Both the position numbers and the translations under genes were made by a program. From Copranaerobaculum intestinale (GTDB lineage: Bacteria; Bacillota_I; Bacilli_A; Erysipelotrichales; Erysipelotrichaceae), in the NCBI RefSeq assembly GCF_009831105.1, contig NZ_WUUQ01000006.1:60001-92000 (forward strand): a DNA stretch of 32,000 bases, read 5' to 3'. The notes below the pieces were generated by a model. It searched no databases. It was not told where the DNA came from and was given only the letters and a program-made list of their open reading frames with translations. Numbering within the stretch: the stretch's first letter is position 1; each line of letters starts with the position of its first letter. Positions 23,551-32,000 of the stretch are shown piece after piece.

Positions 23551-24345
23551 ATGCAGGCAGCACAGCGGCGAATGGAAATTTTTGATGATCTGCAGCGTAA
23601 TAAAACGGTGGAGGTCAATGCTTTAGCGAATCATTACAAGGTGACACCGATGACCATTCGCCGGGATTTGGCAATTTTTCAGAAACAGGGATTGGTCACA
23701 ACCACATACGGCGGCGCTTATCTAAATCAGGGTGCAGCCGTGGAGCCTAATTTTGCCTTAAAGAGCTCCCAGATGAAAGAGGGTAAGCAGTTGATCGCAA
23801 GAAGGGCGGCGTCTTTGGTGAATGAGGGGGAAACCGTTATCATCGACTGCGGTTCCACTGCTTATGAGCTGGCAAAGTATATAGCGCATATGAATATAAC
23901 GGTCATAACCAATTCACTGCCGGTCATGAATATCCTAAAGGATCATGAATCAATTAAGCTGATCATGGCTCCGGGACAATATAATCATGTATCTGCCGGT
24001 GCACTCAGCACATACACGCTAAGCTTTTATCAGGAGCTTCATGCGGACAAGGTCTTTATGTCCACACAGGGCTTTGATGAGCGCATCGGACTGAGCGTTC
24101 CGGATATGGAAGACGCGGCTGTAAAAAAAGCTATTCTGCAGGCAGCTCGGGAGAAAATTTTGTTAGCGGATATGTCTAAGTATAAACGGGAATATCTGGC
24201 AGTACACGCACAGCTGGAAGACTTCTCGATCATTGTGAATGACGGGAAATTTCCAATCGATGTTCAGCAGCGGCTGGAAGCAAAAAATATCCGCGTATAC
24301 ACCGTTGACCCTGATCATGATATGATCGGACTTTCATCTCGATGA
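23551..24345 (+). CDS. DeoR/GlpR-family transcriptional regulator
   Basis: N-terminal HTH (VNALANHYKVTPMTIRRDLAIF) plus a C-terminal sugar-phosphate sensor domain. TGATATAAT lies upstream. Confidence 0.88.
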   Translation: MQAAQRRMEIFDDLQRNKTVEVNALANHYKVTPMTIRRDLAIFQKQGLVTTTYGGAYLNQGAAVEPNFALKSSQMKEGKQLIARRAASLVNEGETVIIDCGSTAYELAKYIAHMNITVITNSLPVMNILKDHESIKLIMAPGQYNHVSAGALSTYTLSFYQELHADKVFMSTQGFDERIGLSVPDMEDAAVKKAILQAAREKILLADMSKYKREYLAVHAQLEDFSIIVNDGKFPIDVQQRLEAKNIRVYTVDPDHDMIGLSSR

Positions 24346-24426
24346 TCATGAGGATCTTTTAAAGCAATAAATCCATGTAGTCTATATCACAGAATTATGA
24401 TGACCAATTTGTAAAATAGCATAGTG

Positions 24427-24453
24427 AGCCGTTGAATCAAGACGGCTTTTTTA
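24427..24453 (+). terminator. Rho-independent terminator
   Basis: AGCCGT / ACGGCT stem followed by TTTTTT. Confidence 0.55.
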
Positions 24454-24501
24454 ATGTTTTAGAAACCTGATGAATATACTGTGGTGAAAGATGAGGTATT
24501 C

Positions 24502-25575
24502 ATGGAAGATCGTAAAAAACTGCACATGCTGATCACTACCGCTTATCTGTTTGTGATCTTCTGCATTCTTTATATTGTGCTGCGTTATGGCATCTATTAT
24601 TTTCTGCCGTTTCTGTTTGGTTTTCTCATTGCGTCCTGTTTGAAACCGGCAGTACGTAAGCTCTATCATATCACCCATATCAGCAAGCGTTTTTGGGGTA
24701 TGGTATTGCTGCTGCTATTCTATGGCGTTACATTTTTTCTATTGGCTTTCGCCAGTGTCAAACTTTACGCATGGCTGAGAACCTTCATTCTTAATCTGCC
24801 ATATCTTTACAGCCAACAGATTGAACCGCGAATGTTACTAGTCTTTGCTGCGATCAATCATCAGATGGCTGATCTGGATCCCGATTTACTGCATACGCTG
24901 GATGAACTGGGAAGGGAAATCATGTTTTCTTTAGGGGATGTTTTATCTGCATTTTCAGGCAGTGCGCTTTTGGCATTATCGCAGTTTGTAACCACCCTTC
25001 CGGGCTTTTTCATGAACAGTATGATCATGATTCTTTCCTCGATCTTTTTCACCCTCGATTATCAGCAGATCGTTAATTTTATCATGCGTCAAGGCTCTCA
25101 GCGGTTTCAGGATATTACTTTGGCAATACGGCGCTATCTCAGTGAGACCTGCAGCAGCTATGTAAAAGCATATACAAAGATTATGCTTATTACCGCCTTG
25201 GAGCTGACTGTTGGTTTTACTGTTTTAAAGCTGCCGCATCCTTTGGGACTGGCTCTGGGCATTGCTCTTTTCGATGTATTGCCGGTGCTGGGCTGCGGCG
25301 GTATCTTGATTCCCTGGGTATTGGCGTGTTTCATATTGAATATGCGTAAGCTGGGGGTTGGACTGCTGATCCTGTATTTTATTGTAACGCTTGTCCGCAA
25401 TATCATCGAACCTAAGATTGTCGGCAAACAGGTTGGTATCCATCCGCTGCTGATGCTGGCGGCAATGTTCATCGGTGCGAAATTCTTCGGCTTTCTGGGA
25501 TTTCTGCTTCTTCCATTTTTTGTGAGTGTTGTGAAAAGCTTGAATGATCAGGGTTATATTCATTTATTTCAGTAA
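24502..25575 (+). CDS. AI-2E/UPF0118-family integral membrane protein (YtvI-like)
   Basis: A polytopic membrane protein with a conserved C-terminal block (NIIEPKIVGKQVGIHPL). I prefer the ATG at 24502 (GAGG 5 nt upstream) over the GTG at 24481. Confidence 0.75.
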   Translation: MEDRKKLHMLITTAYLFVIFCILYIVLRYGIYYFLPFLFGFLIASCLKPAVRKLYHITHISKRFWGMVLLLLFYGVTFFLLAFASVKLYAWLRTFILNLPYLYSQQIEPRMLLVFAAINHQMADLDPDLLHTLDELGREIMFSLGDVLSAFSGSALLALSQFVTTLPGFFMNSMIMILSSIFFTLDYQQIVNFIMRQGSQRFQDITLAIRRYLSETCSSYVKAYTKIMLITALELTVGFTVLKLPHPLGLALGIALFDVLPVLGCGGILIPWVLACFILNMRKLGVGLLILYFIVTLVRNIIEPKIVGKQVGIHPLLMLAAMFIGAKFFGFLGFLLLPFFVSVVKSLNDQGYIHLFQ

Positions 25576-25632
25576 GGATATGTTCACATCGACAGTCTCG
25601 TGATAAAATAACAGAAGAAAAGAGGGATCATC

Positions 25633-26493
25633 ATGAAATTGGAAAATGCGTTGTATGAAGTTACATTTACGTTAAAGGGCGCTGAAATTCAGAGCTTTAC
25701 CGATAAGCGTACCGGCATCCAGTATATGTGGCAGGGCGATGAAAAGTTCTGGACCGGCAAAAATCCTACATTATTTCCGATCGTTGGTAATACATATACC
25801 AAGGATTATGAGATAAATGGAAAACGCTACGCGATGAAAAATCACGGTATCATCCGGATCAGTACATTTACCTGTATTGAACAAAGCGATCATCGTATCG
25901 TATTTGAATTATGCGATAATGAAGAAACCAGAGCAGTGTATCCGTTCTCCTTCCGCTTCCATACCATTTATGAATTAAGTGATTGGGGTTTAACGATCAG
26001 CTATGAAATTACCAATACCGGTGAGACAGACATGCCGTTTAGCTTTGGTCTGCATCCGGGCTTTAACTGTCCGCTTATGGAAGGTGAATCATTCGAGGAC
26101 TATCGGCTGGTATTTGATCATGAGGAGCATTTGAATCATTGGATCATGGATGAGACAGCAAAGAAGGGGGTACGGATAAAACCGATAACGGTCAAAGAAA
26201 TTCCGCTTCGTTATGCGGAGATTGAAGCATATGAAACCCTGATGTATACCGGTATGAAAAGTAACACGGTTACCCTGCAAGGCAAGGAGCACGGGGTTCG
26301 TGTAGGCATTGCCGGCTATCCGATGCTGGCCTTCTGGACCTGTAAGCCGGGTGCGCCATACCTATGCATTGAGCCATGGTATGGATACGGTGATTTCTAT
26401 GCGACCGAGAAGGATTTTTATCATCGTGACGGCACAATGATCCTTTCCCCCCAAAAACTGTTTACGACCTCCTACACAATTGAAGTGTTCTAA
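25633..26493 (+). CDS. Aldose 1-epimerase-family protein
   Basis: 286 aa with mutarotase-like motifs (TLFPIVGN, FSFGLHPGFN, CIEPW). Confidence 0.75.
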   Translation: MKLENALYEVTFTLKGAEIQSFTDKRTGIQYMWQGDEKFWTGKNPTLFPIVGNTYTKDYEINGKRYAMKNHGIIRISTFTCIEQSDHRIVFELCDNEETRAVYPFSFRFHTIYELSDWGLTISYEITNTGETDMPFSFGLHPGFNCPLMEGESFEDYRLVFDHEEHLNHWIMDETAKKGVRIKPITVKEIPLRYAEIEAYETLMYTGMKSNTVTLQGKEHGVRVGIAGYPMLAFWTCKPGAPYLCIEPWYGYGDFYATEKDFYHRDGTMILSPQKLFTTSYTIEVF

Positions 26494-26517
26494 TACTCCT
26501 GAGGGAGTATTTTTTTC
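26492..26517 (+). terminator. Rho-independent terminator
   Basis: AATACTCC-TGAG-GGAGTATT followed by TTTTTT. Confidence 0.75.
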
Positions 26518-26772
26518 TTTCAAAAGGACTGGAGAGGTGATTGCATCGGCCTACATGAAGAATCCCAAATATAAAAGCGATCAAAAGGCCGAAGAAGCCG
26601 CGTAATGCAAAAGATATGTTCAACTAGCATCAAGTGATTATTCTTTATATGGATTATGGAAATCAAGTTGGCTTGTTTTCACATTTTCGGCTCTCGTTAG
26701 TTTATGAGAACAAGACAGTATCAATCCCCTGAAAATGCGAGGTTTAAAGCCTTTATTTTGACCGGTCTTACA

Positions 26773-26801
26773 TTGCATTGAAGGGCGCTTCGTGCTATGA
26801 T
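26773..26801 (+). promoter_or_regulatory. Sigma-70 promoter for nagB
   Basis: -35 TTGCAT (26773-26778), a 17-nt spacer, and -10 TATGAT (26796-26801) preceded by TGc (extended -10). Confidence 0.55.
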
Positions 26802-26828
26802 TATATGGTAAAATTAGGAGGACATTTT

Positions 26829-27548
26829 ATGCATGTAATCATTGTTAAGAATTACGATGAGGTTAGTGAAAAAGCATTTGAAGTAATGAAGGAAATTGTT
26901 ACATCTAAACCAAACGCAGTGCTTGGATTGGCAACTGGATCGAGTCCGATCGGTCTTTATCAGAATATGATTAAGGATCACAAAGATAACGGCACCAGCT
27001 ATGCTGCAGTTCAGTCATTCAATCTGGATGAATATGTAGCGCTGCCGCGTGATCATGAGCAGTCATACTGGACATTTATGCATGAGAACCTATTTAAAGG
27101 AATTGATATCAAAGAAGAAAATGTACATGTACCTTATGGAAGTACTAAGGAAGACTGCGAAGCTTATGAAAAAGCTATGGAAAACGTGAGTGTTGATGTA
27201 CAGGTGCTGGGAATCGGCGCAAACGGTCATATTGGTTTTAATGAACCGGGTACTTCCTTTGATGAAGAAACGCACATCGTTACTTTGACAGAGAAAACAC
27301 GTCAGGACAATGCTCGTTTCTTTGAAAATGATATGAATAAGGTTCCGACTCATGCGATCACCATGGGGATTGCGACGATTATGAAAGCAAAGAAAATCCT
27401 GATGGTTGCGACTGGTGAAAATAAAGCAGATGCAGTGAAAGCAATGATTGAAGGCAAGCCTTCTATAGACTGTCCGGCATCCGTTCTGCAGAATCATAGC
27501 GATGTTGTGGTTATCCTGGATGAAGCAGCTGCTTCCAAGCTTCAGTAA
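26829..27548 (+). CDS. nagB: Glucosamine-6-phosphate deaminase
   Basis: MHVIIVKNYDEVSEKA..., GLATGSSP and GIGANGHIGFNEPG motifs. AGGAGG lies 7 nt upstream of the ATG at 26829; the listed 26778 start is unsupported. Confidence 0.92.
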   Translation: MHVIIVKNYDEVSEKAFEVMKEIVTSKPNAVLGLATGSSPIGLYQNMIKDHKDNGTSYAAVQSFNLDEYVALPRDHEQSYWTFMHENLFKGIDIKEENVHVPYGSTKEDCEAYEKAMENVSVDVQVLGIGANGHIGFNEPGTSFDEETHIVTLTEKTRQDNARFFENDMNKVPTHAITMGIATIMKAKKILMVATGENKADAVKAMIEGKPSIDCPASVLQNHSDVVVILDEAAASKLQ

Positions 27549-27601
27549 GCTTTATGTATTAAAGAAACAATTATTATCATAAAATTTATTTTATACCAAA
27601 C

Positions 27602-27637
27602 GATGGATGTTGCCGTTAAAAGGTACATCCATTTTTA
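27602..27637 (+). terminator. Rho-independent terminator
   Basis: GATGGATGT / ACATCCAT stem followed by TTTTT. Confidence 0.65.
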
Positions 27638-27801
27638 TCTGCATTCTGATGTTAGGAAGCTTTCGAAACGACACGGATCAATAAGCGGTCAGTTTGAAAC
27701 GATTATGGAAGATGCTATCCTTTTTCAAACTTAAAAATGTAGGAAACGCGTGCTTTTCCCTTTCGTATCTTCTATAATATCTATAAAAGGAAGGTGTAAA
27801 A

Positions 27802-28668
27802 ATGGATATCAAAATGATTGCCTGTGATCTGGATGGTACGTTGTTAACAAAAAATCATGAGGTTTCCCCATTTACCAAGCAGATGCTTTTAGAAGCACAG
27901 AAACGCGGTATCATTGTCACCCTGGCAACTGGCCGTGATAAAGGAAGCTTGGATTTTGTCTATGAACCGCTGGAACTGGAAAATGGAAATAACTATGTGG
28001 CCGGCATTAATGGGCAGGTGATTTACAGCTTTCAGAAAAAGGAATATTTCGTCGATGCTGTCATGGATGGGGAAGATGCCAAAAAATGTATGCAGGTAGC
28101 CAAAGCGTTTAATCTGGAATGTATCTGCTGCTGCGGCTATGACCATTACAATTATATTTCCAAGCCATTGAAGCTGATGAAGCAGGTTCGCTCGCTGCTT
28201 GCCGGTCAGCCTACGGATTATGGACTGCAGGATGGCAAGCGTAATTTCATTGAGGTGGACATCGACCAGCTTGAGATAACGCAGGATATTAATAAGATCA
28301 TTTATATTCAGTCAGCGAAATTCTTCCGCAAAAATCTTCCAGTCCTGCGTGAAGCCTTAAAGGATTATGAAGTACTCATGGTAGGTGATGCCTGGATGGA
28401 GATCATGCCAAAAGGGGTCAGCAAAGGTAATGCTTTGAAAAGAATTGCTGAGGAAAACGGCTTTACAATGGATCATGTGATGGTCTTTGGTGATGCCGAA
28501 AACGATCTGTCTATGTTTGATATGGCAGGCTACAGTGTAGCAATGGGCAATGCAATGCCGGTTGTGAAGGAACACGCTTCCATGGTCTGCGATGATAATG
28601 AACATGACGGCATTGGCAAAACAATTGAAAACTATCTTTTTCAAGCAAAAACAGAACCTACGAACTAG
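27802..28668 (+). CDS. Cof-type HAD-IIB family phosphatase
   Basis: DLDGTLL motif I, TGR motif II, and GDAENDLSMF with AMGNA as motif III/IV. Confidence 0.85.
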   Translation: MDIKMIACDLDGTLLTKNHEVSPFTKQMLLEAQKRGIIVTLATGRDKGSLDFVYEPLELENGNNYVAGINGQVIYSFQKKEYFVDAVMDGEDAKKCMQVAKAFNLECICCCGYDHYNYISKPLKLMKQVRSLLAGQPTDYGLQDGKRNFIEVDIDQLEITQDINKIIYIQSAKFFRKNLPVLREALKDYEVLMVGDAWMEIMPKGVSKGNALKRIAEENGFTMDHVMVFGDAENDLSMFDMAGYSVAMGNAMPVVKEHASMVCDDNEHDGIGKTIENYLFQAKTEPTN

Positions 28669-28681
28669 GCTCTGTTTTTTC
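28647..28681. terminator. Bidirectional terminator embedded in the overlapping 3' ends of two convergent genes
   Basis: AAAAACAGAACC (28647-28658) pairs with GGCTCTGTTTTT (28668-28679) with one mismatch. An A-run flanks the left and a T-run the right. Both stop codons fall inside the hairpin. Confidence 0.55.
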
Positions 28682-29155
28682 ACATATGGATGCGTATTCA
28701 GCATGAATGATATCGACAAGATCATGAGGGCTGCATGCAATCTGCAAGCCGATTTTGCCGCCGCTGAAGATGATGGTGGAATATGCTTGTGCGCTTTCAT
28801 CGAGAATTGTGGGAAACTGCTTTTTCATGCCCAGCGGTGAGCACCCGCCTCGGACATAACCGCTGATTTTGGTGATGTCCCGAACCGGAATCATCTCGAT
28901 GCTTTTTTCATGTACGGCCTTTGCGGCTTCTTTCAGATGCAGCGTTTCCGCAACCGGCACCATAAATACATAATATTGCTTGGAATGGCCGACACAAATC
29001 AGTGTTTTGAATACCTGTTCAGGATTTTGATTCAGCATTTGGGCGACATGGACACCATCCACTGCTTCTCCCTGATGCTTATAGGTATAGGTCTGATAGG
29101 TTATCTTTGCTTTATCCAGCAAACGCATGGCATTGGTTTTACTTATTTTCGGCAT
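28658..29155 (-). CDS. ybaK: Cys-tRNA(Pro)/Cys-tRNA(Cys) deacylase, YbaK/EbsC family
   Basis: 165 aa starting KTNAMRLLDKAKITY, with GYVRGGCSPLGMKK typical of YbaK. Confidence 0.85.
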   Translation of the reverse strand: MPKISKTNAMRLLDKAKITYQTYTYKHQGEAVDGVHVAQMLNQNPEQVFKTLICVGHSKQYYVFMVPVAETLHLKEAAKAVHEKSIEMIPVRDITKISGYVRGGCSPLGMKKQFPTILDESAQAYSTIIFSGGKIGLQIACSPHDLVDIIHAEYASICEKTEPSS

Positions 29156-29266
29156 ACGATCACTCCTGCGCCTACTATAAGCTAAGAAGCGAAAAAAGGC
29201 AAGTGATCGATAAACATTTTACAGGGGTAAGAAAAGTATTGTATAATTGAGCAGGATGGTGTGAAT

Positions 29267-30145
29267 ATGAATATTAAAATGATTGTAACGGATATGGATG
29301 GGACTTTGCTAAACAGCCGTGACGAATGTTCTGCCGCTACCTGTGCAGCCTTGATCAAAGCTCAGGAAAAAGGAATGCGGCTGGTGTTAGCCAGCGGCCG
29401 CAGCTATACGAAAATGCTGAAATATGCTGATATGCTGCATATGCGTGAGTTCGGAGGCTACTTGATCGAAGTTAACGGCATGGCGCTGATGGATTTAAAA
29501 ACATCAAAACGCACTGTGTATCAGCAGCTGAATCAGCAGGACTGCCAACGTTTGTTTGATGCGTTGGCTCCCTATGTAGTAGAACAAATTTATATGATCG
29601 ATGATGGCATGTATCATTATTTGCCGCAGCCGATATATGAGAAAAAGGCCGCATATCGCAAGCAGCATGGTTATCCCGATGATTATCCGCTGACTGCTAG
29701 TATATTAGGATATCTTTATGATAACCGGGAAGGCTATCCCCGTCTGATGACGATGCAGACTCCAAAGGATATTAAGCTTCCCATCAATAAGCTATGTGTA
29801 TATGAAGAGCCAAATAAATTGAAACCGATTGCGGACGATATCAAAGCAACTTTTCAACAGGATTATTGGGCCGGCTTGGTTCATAACAATTGGCTGGAAA
29901 TTACGCCGCTTGGGGTCTCAAAGGCCGTGCGGCTGAAACAGCTGGCAGATCAGCTGCACATTAAATCTGACGAAATTTTATGCTTTGGTGATGGTGAAAA
30001 TGATATAGAAATGCTTCAAAGCGTCACATATGGCATTGCGATGGGCAATGCTTTGGATAATGTGAAGCAGGCTGCGTTCGATGTGACATTATCGAATGAT
30101 GAAGACGGTATTTGGGCTGCTTTAAAGCAGTATGAAATTATATAG
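29267..30145 (+). CDS. Cof-type HAD-IIB family phosphatase
   Basis: DMDGTLL, SGR, and GDGENDIEML with AMGNA. TGTATAAT (29240-29247) lies upstream. The start could be 29267 or 29261 (GTG). Confidence 0.85.
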   Translation: MNIKMIVTDMDGTLLNSRDECSAATCAALIKAQEKGMRLVLASGRSYTKMLKYADMLHMREFGGYLIEVNGMALMDLKTSKRTVYQQLNQQDCQRLFDALAPYVVEQIYMIDDGMYHYLPQPIYEKKAAYRKQHGYPDDYPLTASILGYLYDNREGYPRLMTMQTPKDIKLPINKLCVYEEPNKLKPIADDIKATFQQDYWAGLVHNNWLEITPLGVSKAVRLKQLADQLHIKSDEILCFGDGENDIEMLQSVTYGIAMGNALDNVKQAAFDVTLSNDEDGIWAALKQYEII

Positions 30146-30162
30146 GAAAGGTTTTGATTCCA

Positions 30163-31077
30163 ATGAGTACAAAAAAGAAAAAACGCAGACTCCGGCTGGG
30201 ACGGCTGTTAATCGTAATACTCGGTTTTTTAATGGTATTTGTCGTCATCGCGGGAGCTGGGGTGTTTGCGTATTATAAATACGTGACCTCACAGGCTAAA
30301 GATATGAATATCCTACTAATCGGAACAGACGGCAGGGAATCTACTGATAATTCTTCACGTGCTGATACGCTGATGATGATTCATGTCGATAAGGATACCA
30401 ATACGATTACTACGGTTTCTCTGCCGCGTGATTCATATGTTTATATACCTTGTGAGGATGCCTATGATAAAGTCAATCATGCCTTTTCATATGGAGATGC
30501 CAACTGGGCAAACAAAGGCGGCGGACGTGCCTGTACGATGAAAACCGTACAGAATGTGTTTGAATTGCCGGAGCTGGATAATTACGTGGAAGTCGATTTT
30601 TCCAAAATGATGAAAATTGTTGATTTAGTGGGAGGAATCGATTTGACCCCAACACATACGTTTTGTGAGATGGATGAAAATGAACTAGCGGATCAATACT
30701 GTTTTACCGAAGGAAAAACCATACATATGAACGGTGCTATGGCACTTGCCTATTCTCGTCATCGCAAGAGTGACAGTGATATTTACCGTGCTGGCCGCCA
30801 AGAAGAAGTGGTAAAGTCGCTCTTTTCCAAAGCCAAGCGTCAGGGCTTGTGGGATTTGTATAAGCTGAGTAAGGAAGTTCTTAAAATTGTCGATACAAAC
30901 TTGACCTTTCAGGATTTGATCGGGTATGCGGATATGCTGGAGGGTGAACTGAAAATCGATCAGCAGGTTGTTTCGGGCAGTGATGATTGGGAATATGTGC
31001 CGGCTTATGGTCAGGAGATTTATTACTACAAACTGGATCAGGATTGGTTAAGTAATATTATAAAAACCTTTCAGTAA
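30163..31077 (+). CDS. LytR-CpsA-Psr (LCP) family cell-envelope phosphotransferase
   Basis: A basic N-terminus and one TM helix, then LLIGTDGRE...RADTLMMIHV...SLPRDSYV and ALAYSRHRK motifs. I prefer the ATG at 30163 over the TTG at 30154. Confidence 0.85.
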   Translation: MSTKKKKRRLRLGRLLIVILGFLMVFVVIAGAGVFAYYKYVTSQAKDMNILLIGTDGRESTDNSSRADTLMMIHVDKDTNTITTVSLPRDSYVYIPCEDAYDKVNHAFSYGDANWANKGGGRACTMKTVQNVFELPELDNYVEVDFSKMMKIVDLVGGIDLTPTHTFCEMDENELADQYCFTEGKTIHMNGAMALAYSRHRKSDSDIYRAGRQEEVVKSLFSKAKRQGLWDLYKLSKEVLKIVDTNLTFQDLIGYADMLEGELKIDQQVVSGSDDWEYVPAYGQEIYYYKLDQDWLSNIIKTFQ

Positions 31078-31081
31078 AAAG

Positions 31082-31115
31082 AAAAGAGCGATGGATGCGC
31101 TCTTTTCTTTTTCTT
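31082..31115 (+). terminator. Rho-independent terminator
   Basis: AAAAGAGCG (31082-31090) pairs with CGCTCTTTT (31098-31106), followed by a T-rich tail. Confidence 0.75.
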
Positions 31116-31139
31116 TATTATTTTTAAAAGGGAGAAAGT

Positions 31140-31412
31140 ATGAAAAATTGGATTAGGAAATTACATTTTTCATCGGCAAGTATTCCTCTTGCCTATACTC
31201 AGTATAGAAAATGTTTATATGAATATTACGTCATAAGAATGTTAAAATATGTGATTTATGTTAACCGAAAGATCAAGGAATTTATTGTTGTATCAAGCTA
31301 TCTTTTAAAGAATGAATTTGTTATTTCTTCAGCAGCTTTCATCATATTCAAACGGTATCTGAATTCTACATTTACATTCGCTTTCACGGATCTCAAAGTT
31401 ACCTCACAATGA
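31140..31412 (+). CDS. Hypothetical small basic protein (orphan, AT-rich)
   Basis: 90-aa ORF with RBS AGGGAG 5 nt upstream and a hairpin plus T-run (about 31448-31477) downstream. No recognisable motifs, and the amino-acid composition is driven by AT-richness. Confidence 0.35.
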   Translation: MKNWIRKLHFSSASIPLAYTQYRKCLYEYYVIRMLKYVIYVNRKIKEFIVVSSYLLKNEFVISSAAFIIFKRYLNSTFTFAFTDLKVTSQ

Positions 31413-31684
31413 AGATTGACAATTATTCAAATAATGCGATAAATAAAGGAAAAAACCGCTGGGAGGCGGCTTTTTCCGATTATAGGGGATAGAATGATAT
31501 ACGGAACTTGGGATAATTTCTAGGGGATTCCGTATTAGCAAGATGTACTTGCTGATAACACTATATCATTTTAGATTGTCGAAAGATGACGAATCATCGT
31601 TTATGACTCTTTTTCTGAATTTTTTATTCTTTTTTTATGGAATGCTTTGAAATTTGATATAATTTGGTCGAAGGGTTTGATGGT

Positions 31685-32000
31685 ATGCGTGAAAATACAT
31701 GGAAAAAAGCCGCAATGGCAGCGATGAAGCAGCACGGTTTTAAAAGGAATGCCATAAATCATAGCTTTTATTGCGAATGGCCGCACTGTTTGGCTGCCGC
31801 AGAATTTGAAATCGTACATAATAAACAAACGATGCGGATACGGCTTGATCTGTATGTATATGCAAAACATGACCTGAAGAACCTGATGGATAAGGTGGAT
31901 GCCAGTGATTATTTGACCTGCCAAGGTAAAGCGGATTTTCTGCTTGAGGGAGTAACCAGAGAAGCGGTTTATGACCAGGTGATCGATGCCTTGCAGGAAA
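31685..32000 (+). CDS. Hypothetical protein, 3'-truncated by the window edge (not in the supplied ORF track)
   Basis: My own translation from the ATG at 31685 gives MRENTWKKAAMAAMKQHGFKRNAINHSFYCEWPHCLAAAEFEIVHNKQTMRIRLDLYVYAKHDL... and the frame stays open to nt 32000. GAAGGG lies 9 nt upstream and TGATATAAT (31655-31663) precedes it. Composition is more protein-like than the minus-strand ORF 31601..31924. Confidence 0.5.
   Translation, partial: MRENTWKKAAMAAMKQHGFKRNAINHSFYCEWPHCLAAAEFEIVHNKQTMRIRLDLYVYAKHDLKNLMDKVDASDYLTCQGKADFLLEGVTREAVYDQVIDALQE

Noticed and set aside
26758-26767. GACCGGTC palindrome upstream of nagB as a NagR/DasR-type (GntR) operator
   Set aside because: It is only 8 bp, overlaps no clear longer dyad, and resembles the GGTCT-AGACC core only partially. 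It could easily be chance.
1-32000. Mobile elements, CRISPR arrays, prophage or integron signatures
   Set aside because: I recognised no transposase, integrase or Cas-like ORFs. I saw no regularly spaced direct repeats and no long terminal inverted repeats. Only short regulatory hairpins and palindromes were seen.

Overview
This looks like a chromosomal window from a low-GC Gram-positive anaerobe (Bacillota). That assignment rests on AGGAGG-type ribosome-binding sites, TGnTATAAT promoters and a LevR/sigma-54/PTS-Man regulatory style; the species cannot be determined from the sequence. I found no rRNA, tRNA, CRISPR array, transposase or integrase.

Gene content, left to right:
- The 3' part of a family-I CoA-transferase (Pct/YdiF-like).
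- A threonine-aldolase-family PLP enzyme, preceded by a roughly 250-nt structured leader that has its own promoter and terminator.
- An MgtC-family protein.
- A single-gene ABC exporter.
- A five-gene minus-strand histidine-utilisation operon: hutH, hutU, glutamate formimidoyltransferase, hutI and formimidoyl-THF cyclodeaminase.
- The main locus of interest, about 12.3-23.5 kb (described below).
- Housekeeping and accessory genes: a YtvI/AI-2E-family membrane protein, an aldose-1-epimerase-family protein, nagB, two Cof-type HAD phosphatases flanking ybaK, an LCP-family protein, an AT-rich orphan small ORF, and a 3'-truncated hypothetical gene that is missing from the supplied ORF track.

The main locus starts with a glycyl radical enzyme (GRE) of the eliminase class (GCVE Cys loop, RVAGY glycyl motif). 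A radical-SAM activase is translationally coupled to it. Next comes an aldolase carrying fructose-6-phosphate-aldolase (FSA) signature residues rather than transaldolase ones. These are followed by a LevR-type sigma-54 enhancer-binding regulator and a textbook -24/-12 promoter with an upstream 10-bp inverted repeat. That promoter drives a mannose-family PTS in the order IIA-IIC-IID-IIB, then a small SIS-domain protein. A CutC-family TIM-barrel gene and a DeoR regulator follow.

I read this as a candidate PTS-fed pathway in which a GRE performs radical C-O cleavage on a sugar phosphate and FSA then performs retro-aldol cleavage. The substrate is unassigned. It is analogous to, but wired differently from, the E. 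coli pflD/ybiW-fsa neighbourhoods.
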